A stretch of DNA of 32,000 bases from Acaryochloris thomasi RCC1774 (GTDB lineage Bacteria > Cyanobacteriota > Cyanobacteriia > Thermosynechococcales > Thermosynechococcaceae). Numbering within the stretch: position 1 is the first letter of the stretch; the number at the start of each line of letters is the position of its first letter. This document shows, one piece after another, positions 17,123-25,497 of this stretch. Location: NCBI RefSeq assembly GCF_003231495.1, contig NZ_PQWO01000026.1, positions 1-32,000 on the forward strand, read 5' to 3'. The notes under the pieces are model-generated. The model searched no databases, was not told where the DNA came from, and saw nothing but the letters and a program-made list of their open reading frames with translations. A program made the position numbers and the translations under genes.

Positions 17123-19359
17123 AGGAACAGCACAGCTAGTTGGGCTGAGAATAATGCGATCGCGGCAGGGACAAGCGGAATCCATCCACCTTGAGTTAGT
17201 ATACCAAAGCTAATTCCGAACAGGAGGGTGAAGGACATTGCTCCTGCAATAGCGAGATATAGCGGTTTATGCACCGCCCAGGCCAATATGCCGCCCAATA
17301 ACGACCAGGCTCCGATCCAAAGCGCCTCTATCGGTAGGGACCACCACCAGAGTTGCGATCGCTCTTGCAAAGCAATGCTCAGCAGTTGGCTAATCATCTG
17401 AGCTTGAATAAAAACGCCAGGGGTCTGTTCTTGGCTGGGGTCAGCGGTATTGCTATAGGGCGTTTGCCAATTATCTGTGGTGCTCGGAGCCGTGATCCCA
17501 ATCAGAACAATCCGATCTTTGAGTGACTCTAGTGACTCGGGCGGAATTTTATTCTCTAATAGGTCTTGAAGAGAGATTTGCTCAGCAACACTGTCAACGG
17601 TCCGCAGCGAGCGATAGTTGAGCAATATTTGATGTCCAGAGTCATCAATCCCCTGATACCCACCTGCATGGGACGGCAAGGGTTTGAGGACCGCCGGACC
17701 CAGCGTCAGATTTCCGTCAGGGTTGGCACCGGGCTGAATACCGTCTGCGGCCAAGTAATGAGAGGCAAGCTGCAAACTGAAGGCATAATCTGCTGAGCAG
17801 CTTGAGTTGACCGGAGGTGTTAAATAGATCAGATGACGGCGCACGGTATTTCCGGCGTCATCAATAAAGTCGCTAAAGCCCACTCTATTGCTGGGTAGTT
17901 CGGCCGGAGGTGGGGTGGCATCCGGTGCACCGTCTAGGGGAGAAGCGACTTTGCAGATGCCGAAAAAATTGGGGTTTTGCTGAAGGCGCGTCGCCAGTTC
18001 TGGAACCTCAGGTGTCACTGAAAAATCGCGATAGATATCTAGCCCAATGGCTCGGGGCTGGTAGGTTTCAAGAGTTTCTAGAGCCTGATTGAGGGCCTGA
18101 TCTGAGAGCGACCACCGCATCGACATATTCTGCTGATTTTGATACTGAATGTCGGCTTCATCAACTGTGACTAGCAAGAGCCTAGAATCAGGCATATCAG
18201 CAGGGCGCAGCCCCATCAAATGGTCAAAGGCTTTTAACTCTAGAGGCTGTAAAACGCCCAGGTAACGAGCGCCGAAGATGAAGGTTGCGATCGCAACTCC
18301 TATCCCCAACACCCCCATCAGTGGCTTAACCATTCTGGTCTCATCACGAGTAGGGGCGGGACTCACAACCTCAGCAGTCGTCTCACCGGGGAGTGAAGGA
18401 CTGATCTGCTTCAACGTGGTGTTTTCTGAGGTCTCAGAGTTTGGAATACGGGTCTGTTCTAAGGGCGCATTAACTGCCTCTGACATCCAGGCAAGGCGCA
18501 GCGCCAGCACCTGAGCATTATACAAACGCTCCTCCGGGACAGGTGCAATCAATTCATCAATCAAATTGGCGAAGTGATCAGATATCTGCGGTGCCGCCTG
18601 TCTCCATTCCAGACGGCGTTCTTTATCTTTAGAGAACTCATCAGGACCAACCCCAGTGAGTAGATGCACAAAGGTACGACCCAAGGCAAAAAAGTCAGAG
18701 GAATAGTTCGCCTGTCCTTCGATCTGCTCTGGTGCAGTGTAACCAGGCGTGTAGATACGCGTGACGTCTTCGTCTTCCAGTTTTTTGAGATATGTCGTTG
18801 TCACCTTACGGGCAGCCCCAAAATCAATCAGGGAGACGCCCCCATCCGGACTCACCATAATATTGGAGGGTTTTATATCACGGTGAATCAGGCGCTGCTG
18901 ATGGATGCCCTCTAATATCGGGACTAATAGCTGTAGCCACTCGATCGCGAGTGCTTCCGAGAGCAACTCATTCTCAGCGATCCACTGCTGAAGATTTAAA
19001 CCGGGAATTTTTTCCAGGACGAGACAGTGCAGATCTTTGGGGCCATGCTCTGGCGTAAAGCGAAAATAGTTATCGACCCGAGAGACTGACAAGTGCTTTA
19101 GATCCTTCAGTATCTGAGCCTCTTGCTCAAATAACGTCACCAGCCTACGGCGCTGGTTCGTTAGGACTTTAATAACCTTGGGCACGCCTAGATTATCGAC
19201 CTCAAACACTTCCGTACAGTGATCGGCTTCTAGCTCCCGCAGCGGACGGATGATTCGATAGCGCTCATTGATAACCAGGCTGGTTCCACAAGTTTGGCAA
19301 TAATTGTCCTGCTCTGAATTTTGGCGTTGGGAACAATCAGGATTGATACAAAAACTCAT
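17101..19359 (-). CDS. Ser/Thr protein kinase with N-terminal zinc ribbon, TM helix, extracytoplasmic CHASE2 domain and C-terminal TM bundle
   Basis: 752 aa. Zinc ribbon CINPDC...CQTCG. Hanks kinase motifs VIKVL, HRDIKPSNIM, DFGAAR, YTPGYTAPE. TM helix VLGIGVAIATFIFGA. A CHASE2-like region (LLLVTVDEADI...IGLDIYRD...VGFSDFIDDAGNTVRR) is followed by 3 hydrophobic helices. Confidence 0.9.
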   Translation of the reverse strand: MSFCINPDCSQRQNSEQDNYCQTCGTSLVINERYRIIRPLRELEADHCTEVFEVDNLGVPKVIKVLTNQRRRLVTLFEQEAQILKDLKHLSVSRVDNYFRFTPEHGPKDLHCLVLEKIPGLNLQQWIAENELLSEALAIEWLQLLVPILEGIHQQRLIHRDIKPSNIMVSPDGGVSLIDFGAARKVTTTYLKKLEDEDVTRIYTPGYTAPEQIEGQANYSSDFFALGRTFVHLLTGVGPDEFSKDKERRLEWRQAAPQISDHFANLIDELIAPVPEERLYNAQVLALRLAWMSEAVNAPLEQTRIPNSETSENTTLKQISPSLPGETTAEVVSPAPTRDETRMVKPLMGVLGIGVAIATFIFGARYLGVLQPLELKAFDHLMGLRPADMPDSRLLLVTVDEADIQYQNQQNMSMRWSLSDQALNQALETLETYQPRAIGLDIYRDFSVTPEVPELATRLQQNPNFFGICKVASPLDGAPDATPPPAELPSNRVGFSDFIDDAGNTVRRHLIYLTPPVNSSCSADYAFSLQLASHYLAADGIQPGANPDGNLTLGPAVLKPLPSHAGGYQGIDDSGHQILLNYRSLRTVDSVAEQISLQDLLENKIPPESLESLKDRIVLIGITAPSTTDNWQTPYSNTADPSQEQTPGVFIQAQMISQLLSIALQERSQLWWWSLPIEALWIGAWSLLGGILAWAVHKPLYLAIAGAMSFTLLFGISFGILTQGGWIPLVPAAIALFSAQLAVLFLWKRRLS

Positions 19360-19402
19360 CTATTCTTCTCAGCAGGATTGTGGAATTGTCGCATCAACGC
19401 GC

Positions 19403-21076
19403 TTAAATTTGGCGACGAAGCTCATTCCGCGCTTCGAAGGTTAAGGTGGCCCCCAACAAGATTTGAAGATTATTTCTGGCATACCCCACAGCTAAAGACG
19501 GCTTGTCCTCTAGAAATGCCAGAATTGCCACGAGTTGGGTCTCCATCACTGACTCATCTCGGAACAAACGATAGAGCTTATCCTGAATCGGCTGCTGTAT
19601 GAATCGCTGCTGCTGCTTGGTCTGTGTGGGGTCATCTTCAAAGCCAATTAGGTGACTTCGCAGCAAGTCCAACGTCTCGATTTTTAGGGTTTGACTCTCG
19701 GCCTCAATCTCAGCATAAATCTGATCGATCAAGCGTCCTAGAACATAGTGGGAGACAACAGGCTGCTCAATGGAAAAGAGAATATCACCCGCATCCGCAC
19801 TGCGGTCAATCAACTCTCGCCTTAACAATGACCCCAAAGCCTCAAATAACTCCCCTGTTGAAATAGGAGACAGCAGATTAGCCTGCAGCTTTTCTAAAGG
19901 AATGGGCTGGCCTTCAATCGCCAACCAGTACAGCAGCTCCTGCTCTAGCGCCGACAAGCGCTCAAATTGCTCATCGAGAATATCATTGAGGTCGCCAAAT
20001 ACAATAGTCTGCTGCCCCAAAAAGGCAGAGACATCTCCCCCGAAAATATTTTTGACCATTGTAGCCACAATTTTGAGCGCTAGCGGATTGCCCCGATACA
20101 GGCGAATCAGATCGTCCCATTTCTCAGGGTGTGAAAGATTCCGCTCCTTCAGCAATTCCTCTGCGTCAGACTTCAGCCCCTTCAGCCGCAGCGATCTCAC
20201 TGGCAGCGTATCCCCCTCCCAGCGATCAAACTCACTGGGCTTTTCATTGCTCACAAACACGACCGCACTTTGATGTCGCTGCTGCCCTATACGCTCAAGG
20301 AACTGACCATAACCTTCATAGCCGTCGCGGTATTGTCCGGCTAAGTAACCTTCCTGCAAAATCGCAGTCCCAGCATCCAAAATAATCAAATAGCGATGCT
20401 GTCGCAGAACCGCCATCAGACGCGAAAGCTGATGATCAAGACTCTCACCAGCCTCTACGCTCTGTTGAGTGATCGACTGCAGCAGGTCATTTACGAAATC
20501 GCTCACCGAAGGAGACTGATGCAAACTGCGCCAAATCACAGCATCAAACTGATCCTGAAGCAGATGACCGCACCGCACCGATAGAGCCGTCTTTCCGATG
20601 CCAGCGCCCCCCGTCAAAGCAACGAGGCGACAGTGATCCGTCACCAACCACTGCTTGAGCGTCGCTAATTCTTGCACTCGACCGTGGAACACCGAGACTT
20701 CCGGCGCATTTCCCCACAGCGCCTGCGTCTGATCTTGAAGCTCTAGGGCGAAATCAACGCTAGGAGCCATCTCTACAGGAGACGGGTCAGCTGCAAAGGT
20801 CGGCTCCCTTAACTCTGAATAATGTCGCTCCAGCAAAACCCTTACATTCTTCTTACTGACTTTCTGACTATAAACCTGAGACAACAGCTTCCATAGCCTT
20901 GGACCCGTGACCTGCTTGATGTAAGCCAAGCTGTACTGACACTCTTCAGCCATCTGCTCATAGGTCTTTGCCTGCCAGGCACCTTGAAGAACCAAGCGTT
21001 CGACGGGTTTAAGAGCGCGCCCTACATGGGATAAGACGGCCTGATTGACGTTATTGATCACGGCTTCAAAGTTCAT
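19403..21076 (-). CDS. STAND NTPase (NB-ARC-like) with N-terminal HTH-like domain and no C-terminal repeat sensor
   Basis: 557 aa. The N-terminal ~85 aa (LKPVERLVLQGAWQAKTYEQMAEECQYSLAYIKQVTGPRLWKLLSQVYSQKVSKKNVRVLLE) is the module that heads many cyanobacterial NB-ARC/WD40 proteins. Walker A LTGGAGIGKT, Walker B YLIILDAG, GNPLALKIV motif, then a winged-helix-like LYWLAIEGQPIPLEKL. No WD40/TPR repeats are seen. Confidence 0.8.
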   Translation of the reverse strand: MNFEAVINNVNQAVLSHVGRALKPVERLVLQGAWQAKTYEQMAEECQYSLAYIKQVTGPRLWKLLSQVYSQKVSKKNVRVLLERHYSELREPTFAADPSPVEMAPSVDFALELQDQTQALWGNAPEVSVFHGRVQELATLKQWLVTDHCRLVALTGGAGIGKTALSVRCGHLLQDQFDAVIWRSLHQSPSVSDFVNDLLQSITQQSVEAGESLDHQLSRLMAVLRQHRYLIILDAGTAILQEGYLAGQYRDGYEGYGQFLERIGQQRHQSAVVFVSNEKPSEFDRWEGDTLPVRSLRLKGLKSDAEELLKERNLSHPEKWDDLIRLYRGNPLALKIVATMVKNIFGGDVSAFLGQQTIVFGDLNDILDEQFERLSALEQELLYWLAIEGQPIPLEKLQANLLSPISTGELFEALGSLLRRELIDRSADAGDILFSIEQPVVSHYVLGRLIDQIYAEIEAESQTLKIETLDLLRSHLIGFEDDPTQTKQQQRFIQQPIQDKLYRLFRDESVMETQLVAILAFLEDKPSLAVGYARNNLQILLGATLTFEARNELRRQI

Positions 21077-21150
21077 GTCCCACCCCGTTATTACCCCTAG
21101 AGTTCATACTTTTCTGTACGCTTATTGTTAACAATGGTATGTTAATACCC

Positions 21151-21180
21151 TTGACACGTCAATAGTTCATATTGTATTAA
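21151..21180 (+). promoter_or_regulatory. candidate sigma70-type promoter in the divergent control region
   Basis: Perfect -35 TTGACA (21151-21156), an 18-bp spacer and TATTAA (21175-21180). It is oriented toward the mini-ORF and the histidine kinase operon. Sequence-only guess. Confidence 0.3.
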
Positions 21181-21280
21181 CTAAGTTAATCTCTCGTTAA
21201 GTCCGAGGGGCAGCGCAGAATCAGTATCGTCCATAGGTATTAGGTTCCTGTTATCTATTAAACAAAGGAGTTTGAGGGCT

Positions 21281-21370
21281 ATGAAATTAAGCACTAGCGC
21301 CACTATGACTGAGATAGGACGAAAAGCAGAAGTTAATAAGAAAGGATTATCTGCAAGTTCGGGAACCTAA
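21281..21370 (+). CDS. possible 29-aa mini-ORF / leader peptide (MKLSTSATMTEIGRKAEVNKKGLSASSGT)
   Basis: Strong SD AAAGGAG (21264-21270) 10 nt before the ATG. Too short to evaluate by composition and below the ORF-track cutoff. Confidence 0.2.
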   Translation: MKLSTSATMTEIGRKAEVNKKGLSASSGT

Positions 21371-21544
21371 ACAAAGCGATATTCATCTATGACTTTTAGT
21401 GAACAACTGCATAAGTTAATTTTGAGTTAATATTTCTGCAGCCCACTTACCATCGCACCCAACTGAAAGGGTAGACATTAGACCAAGACAAGGCCAGCCA
21501 CCGCTGCCGAATTAGACCCCTAATAGCACCCAGAGGAAAGAACG

Positions 21545-22696
21545 ATGAGTCAAATTAATCATCTCAATACCCATCTCAAGCTCGTCAGAAAGTCCCGGCC
21601 CCCAATGCAAAAGAGCCGGAAGAGTAGTAAGGTGGAGCGCTTCTTACAGCTACAGATTGACCAGCTTGTCAGTCAACCTCAGATTAAGTGGGCAAGAGTG
21701 GTCTGCGAAGATCCGTCATCGATCCACCATCAACTCGTGGCTCATGCCTCCCAGATCCCCTTCCAGATGTCTCGGGCGACCCTCGCAACCATCCGAACTG
21801 AGGACTGGTTGACAGAGGTTTCTTCTCATTTGGGTTTAAATCCTGTTGCTGGACTGACGACCGGATTCTACTATTGCTCTCTTAACGATCAGAAACCGCA
21901 GTATTTGCTGCTCTTTATAGACGGATCTCCTTCTCATCTCTTGCGCCAGTGGATTAAGCGTACTTCTGAAGTTCTAGAGGAGTCTCTAGAGAGCTATCAA
22001 CAGGCCGCAAAACAATCGCGCAAGATTGAATTGTTGGAAGAAGTTGTGCAGCGCGTGGGGCATCAACTCAGGCATCCGTTGAGCCTCATAAACCTGTATG
22101 CCAACAATCTAGCGGTGGTTCTACCTCAAGGGCCAGAGCAGGAGCAGGTCACTGTTATCAATCAAACTGCGCAAAGTCTCAACCAAATGCTGACGGAGAT
22201 TATGCAGTGCGCCAAAAATGACAAGCTGCAGCTCATTTCTCAAGATTTGCGAAGTCTAATGCAAGAGACGCTAGCAGATTTCCGAGGTTGGATTCAAGAG
22301 AAAGGAATTCGAGTCCGTTTACCTGAGCGCACGGTTAATCTGCCTCTTGATCCACTCCAGATTAAGCAGGCTTTCAATAATTTAATCAGTAACGCCATTC
22401 ACTTTAGCCCCGAAAACAGTGAGCTTTTGATCAACTGGGAGATGGCTCAGGGGAATGTACGGCTGAGTATTTCGGATGAGGGTCCAGGATTGCCGCAAGA
22501 CGATCTAGATAATCTGTTTAAACCGTTTTTTACCCGTCGAGAAGGAGGAACAGGCCTGGGTCTAGCCATTGTCCAGAAAGTTGTCCGTGCTCACGGGGGC
22601 AAACTGTGGGCCAAGAATGTAGCCGGTCGCGGCGCAGAATTTTCAATGAGTTTACCCCGTCTATCTGCAAATCTATCCGAGGATATCGCATGTTAA
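21545..22696 (+). CDS. cytoplasmic sensor histidine kinase (HisKA + HATPase_c) with unrecognised N-terminal sensor region
   Basis: 383 aa. H-box [20 protein letters not shown]-box [12 protein letters not shown]1 DEGPGLP, G2 [19 protein letters not shown]. No TM helices. GAGGA RBS. Confidence 0.9.
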   Translation: MSQINHLNTHLKLVRKSRPPMQKSRKSSKVERFLQLQIDQLVSQPQIKWARVVCEDPSSIHHQLVAHASQIPFQMSRATLATIRTEDWLTEVSSHLGLNPVAGLTTGFYYCSLNDQKPQYLLLFIDGSPSHLLRQWIKRTSEVLEESLESYQQAAKQSRKIELLEEVVQRVGHQLRHPLSLINLYANNLAVVLPQGPEQEQVTVINQTAQSLNQMLTEIMQCAKNDKLQLISQDLRSLMQETLADFRGWIQEKGIRVRLPERTVNLPLDPLQIKQAFNNLISNAIHFSPENSELLINWEMAQGNVRLSISDEGPGLPQDDLDNLFKPFFTRREGGTGLGLAIVQKVVRAHGGKLWAKNVAGRGAEFSMSLPRLSANLSEDIAC

Positions 22697-23379
22697 ATCA
22701 AGCCGAAAAAACCAAGACTCTCTCTGCTGTATTGGTGGATGACGACCATCAGTTTCGAGCAGGTATCCGCTCTCTTCTCAATTTCTATACTGTTCAAGAT
22801 CAGTCCATTTCGGTTGTGGGAGAAGCCAATCGCCCCGATCTAGCCCTCTCTTTAGTGGGCGATAAGCAGCCTGACTTTGTTCTAATTGATATGGAGCTAA
22901 TTGGAGGAGATGGTCTCTCCTTGCTTCAGCAGATCCAGGACAGTGGTTCATCCTGTAAGACGCTTGTTCTGTCGGGCCACGAGGAAGATAGCTGGATTTA
23001 CCAAGCCATGCAAACGGGCGCAGATGGCTATGTGTTCAAAAGCCAGGTAACCCAGCAGCTTCAAGATGCGATCGCATCCATCATGGATGACCAAATCTAT
23101 CTCCCCCCTGAAGTCGCCACAGGTTTCTTCCGCCGCTTTCAGACCACCCAAGCCTCTCTACCTAGTCAAATCGGTCAACCCTGCGACCTGTCTGAGCGAG
23201 AAAATGAGGTTTTGTATTGGCTGGTGCAGGGCGCTTCAAATGTGGTTATTGCCAAAGAACTCTATATTTCTGTGGCCACGGTTAAAGCACATCTCACTAA
23301 TATCTTTCTGAAGCTGCAGGTGACAAGCCGTACCCAAGCGATTGTGGCCGCCATCAAGATGAATCTAGTTCAGTCGTAG
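22690..23379 (+). CDS. NarL/LuxR-family response regulator (REC + LuxR-type HTH)
   Basis: The ATG at 22690 overlaps the kinase stop (ATGTTAA), indicating translational coupling. REC motifs [67 protein letters not shown]. The track start at 22606 is rejected. Confidence 0.9.
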   Translation: MLNQAEKTKTLSAVLVDDDHQFRAGIRSLLNFYTVQDQSISVVGEANRPDLALSLVGDKQPDFVLIDMELIGGDGLSLLQQIQDSGSSCKTLVLSGHEEDSWIYQAMQTGADGYVFKSQVTQQLQDAIASIMDDQIYLPPEVATGFFRRFQTTQASLPSQIGQPCDLSERENEVLYWLVQGASNVVIAKELYISVATVKAHLTNIFLKLQVTSRTQAIVAAIKMNLVQS

Positions 23380-23393
23380 CGTGTGAGGACTTT

Positions 23394-25484
23394 ATGTCGA
23401 TTGTTGATCCTCTCACTCAAGCCTATCGATGTACCCAAAACACACCGCTGGGCTGCAAAAAACCGAGAGAGACCATTAAAGAGATCCCCGGTGCCAAGTT
23501 CTGTCTAGAATGTGGTTTTCCAACGCCGCTGCCTGCTCAGTCAGAAATACGGGGCCGTTTGGGAACCTATCGCATCTCCAACCTGCTCCGATCTCAAGGG
23601 CTGGGGCGACTCTATAAAGCGATTCAGATCAGTAATGGTCAACCCGTAGTCGTGAAGGAATTTTTGCTGCCTAACCGCTGTTTTAATTCTGCTGAGGCAG
23701 CTCAGCGGCGGTCAGTCGTACGTCAAATGCCATTCAATACGTCCAAGAGTCGCGAGTTTCGGGTAATCACACCCGTCGAAGCTATTGCGGATCCGAGTTG
23801 CGATCGCATCCACCTCATCTTCCCCAACTCAACAGCATCCACCTCCACACTCAAGCAAACGCTACAAAAATCAGGAGCCTTTCCCTCTGACAAAACTCGC
23901 CAAGTGCTATTACAGGTTTTGCAAACCCTACACTTTATCCATAATCAGTCCACTGCTGGCGCGAAGCCTTTCGGCGCAGCCCACGGTAACTTGAGCCTCA
24001 ATAGTCTCCTTATCAGCGATGATGCCTATGTCTACACTTGTGACTTAGCAGACTGGGAACAACTTTTTACGACGGCTTCGCCCCAGGCATCGTCACCTGC
24101 ACAGGATTTAATCGATCTCGGATTGATAGGCTTCTCCCTATGGACGGGACAGGCAATAGAGTCTGGCGCATTGCCCAATCTCAGAGAGACCCAACATTGG
24201 CCCCAGGATGATCCACCCCTCAAAGACTTTCTGCACCGCTTACTTGCCTTAGATGCACCTTTTGAGAATGCGGCCGAAGCGCGGCAGATGTTACTCAAAC
24301 TCCCACAACCTGATTCAGCAAGGATTGTGCAAGCGAATCGAGAGCCAGAAAAAAAGCGTAAAAAGCGTTCTCGAAAATATTGGTTGTTGAGTTTGCTAGC
24401 CTTACCCATTTTGGGAGGATTACTGTGGCTAATCTTGCCTCGCTCTAGCTCCCATGCTGAGTCCAATCAGTTTAAGCGTCTGCTGCCCTCGTTTGCCGAT
24501 GTGAATGGGATTCAGCCCGGACAGTATCCCTACACAGGGGAAGCACTGGGAACCTGGAGTACAGTTTTGGGGAAAAAGCCGGTCAGCGATCGCAACATCA
24601 GAACTTTGCTCACTCAACCTAAATCAGATGTTGAAGCAACGTTTGAGTATCGTGGGTATCGTCCTGAGCGGTCGCCACTGAATGAGGTGCTGACAGCGAA
24701 TGGGAAAGCTGAGTTTGCGATCGCAAGTCTATCCACTCAACTTCCCGACGGCTTACTTCAGGAACCCATCGCCTACGATGGTCTTTTGGTCTACGTCCCT
24801 GCCTACAAAAGCAAAAATCTACCGCATCTCCTGAACGGTCAGATTAGCCTTGAGCAACTACAGCAAATTTTCACCGGGCAGATCACCAACTGGCAACAGC
24901 TCGATTCTGGTTTGCCGGACCTACCCATTAAGCCCTATCGCCCCAAAGAACCTGAAGCCCTGCGTCTATTTCAACAGAAAGTCTTAGAGAATGATCCACA
25001 ACTGATTGCCCAGTTTAGAAAAGTTGAGCAACGGTCCACCTTTGATACCCTGCGCTCCATTGCGACAGGGGAACAGCAGAGCGAAGCAGGCTCTATTAGT
25101 TTCGGCCTCTTGACCCAGACCTGGGACCAATGCAAAGTCTATCCTCTAGCCTTGAGCCAGAACAATAAAACACCAGTGCAGCCTTTGCTGCGGCAAACGA
25201 CCAGTGGGATCGTGAAGTCGATCTCACCCACAGACAATCTTTGCCTAGAAAAAAAGCCGCTTCCCAACCTATCGGTCTTTCAATCCGGACAATATCCGCT
25301 CAACATGCCCCTGATCGTGGCCTATCCCCTTGACAACAATCTTCCTGGGCATAACTCAGGTCCACTCTTTGCTAAATTTCTCAAAACGCAAGATGGGCAG
25401 TATCTCCTCCAGCAAGCAGGGCTAGTCCCCCTCCAGTCCACGCCCAAAACGCATCAATTATCACAGCCTATTGTCAATCGCTAG
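23394..25484 (+). CDS. zinc-ribbon + degenerate Ser/Thr kinase-like domain + TM helix + periplasmic PstS/PBP-like binding domain
   Basis: 696 aa. Zinc ribbon C..C...CLECG. Kinase-like fold with Lys retained (VVVKEF), but HRDxKxxN is replaced by AHGNLSLNS and DFG by CDLADW, so it is a likely pseudokinase. TM helix YWLLSLLALPILGGLLWLILP. The C-terminal ~330 aa resemble phosphate-binding-protein-like domains (GSISFGLL, YPLNMPLIVAY). Confidence 0.7.
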   Translation: MSIVDPLTQAYRCTQNTPLGCKKPRETIKEIPGAKFCLECGFPTPLPAQSEIRGRLGTYRISNLLRSQGLGRLYKAIQISNGQPVVVKEFLLPNRCFNSAEAAQRRSVVRQMPFNTSKSREFRVITPVEAIADPSCDRIHLIFPNSTASTSTLKQTLQKSGAFPSDKTRQVLLQVLQTLHFIHNQSTAGAKPFGAAHGNLSLNSLLISDDAYVYTCDLADWEQLFTTASPQASSPAQDLIDLGLIGFSLWTGQAIESGALPNLRETQHWPQDDPPLKDFLHRLLALDAPFENAAEARQMLLKLPQPDSARIVQANREPEKKRKKRSRKYWLLSLLALPILGGLLWLILPRSSSHAESNQFKRLLPSFADVNGIQPGQYPYTGEALGTWSTVLGKKPVSDRNIRTLLTQPKSDVEATFEYRGYRPERSPLNEVLTANGKAEFAIASLSTQLPDGLLQEPIAYDGLLVYVPAYKSKNLPHLLNGQISLEQLQQIFTGQITNWQQLDSGLPDLPIKPYRPKEPEALRLFQQKVLENDPQLIAQFRKVEQRSTFDTLRSIATGEQQSEAGSISFGLLTQTWDQCKVYPLALSQNNKTPVQPLLRQTTSGIVKSISPTDNLCLEKKPLPNLSVFQSGQYPLNMPLIVAYPLDNNLPGHNSGPLFAKFLKTQDGQYLLQQAGLVPLQSTPKTHQLSQPIVNR

Positions 25485-25497
25485 GAAGAATATCATC

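Noticed and set aside
22606-22689. Upstream extensions proposed by the ORF track: 22606 for the response regulator, TTG 5101 for the DUF4255 gene, 25471 for the FHA gene, TTG 26320 for the AT-rich ORF and 17185 for DUF928.
   Set aside because: Each extension overlaps the preceding gene or adds non-homologous residues. Internal ATGs with an RBS or canonical family N-termini (22690, 5158, 25498, 26365, 17122) fit better.
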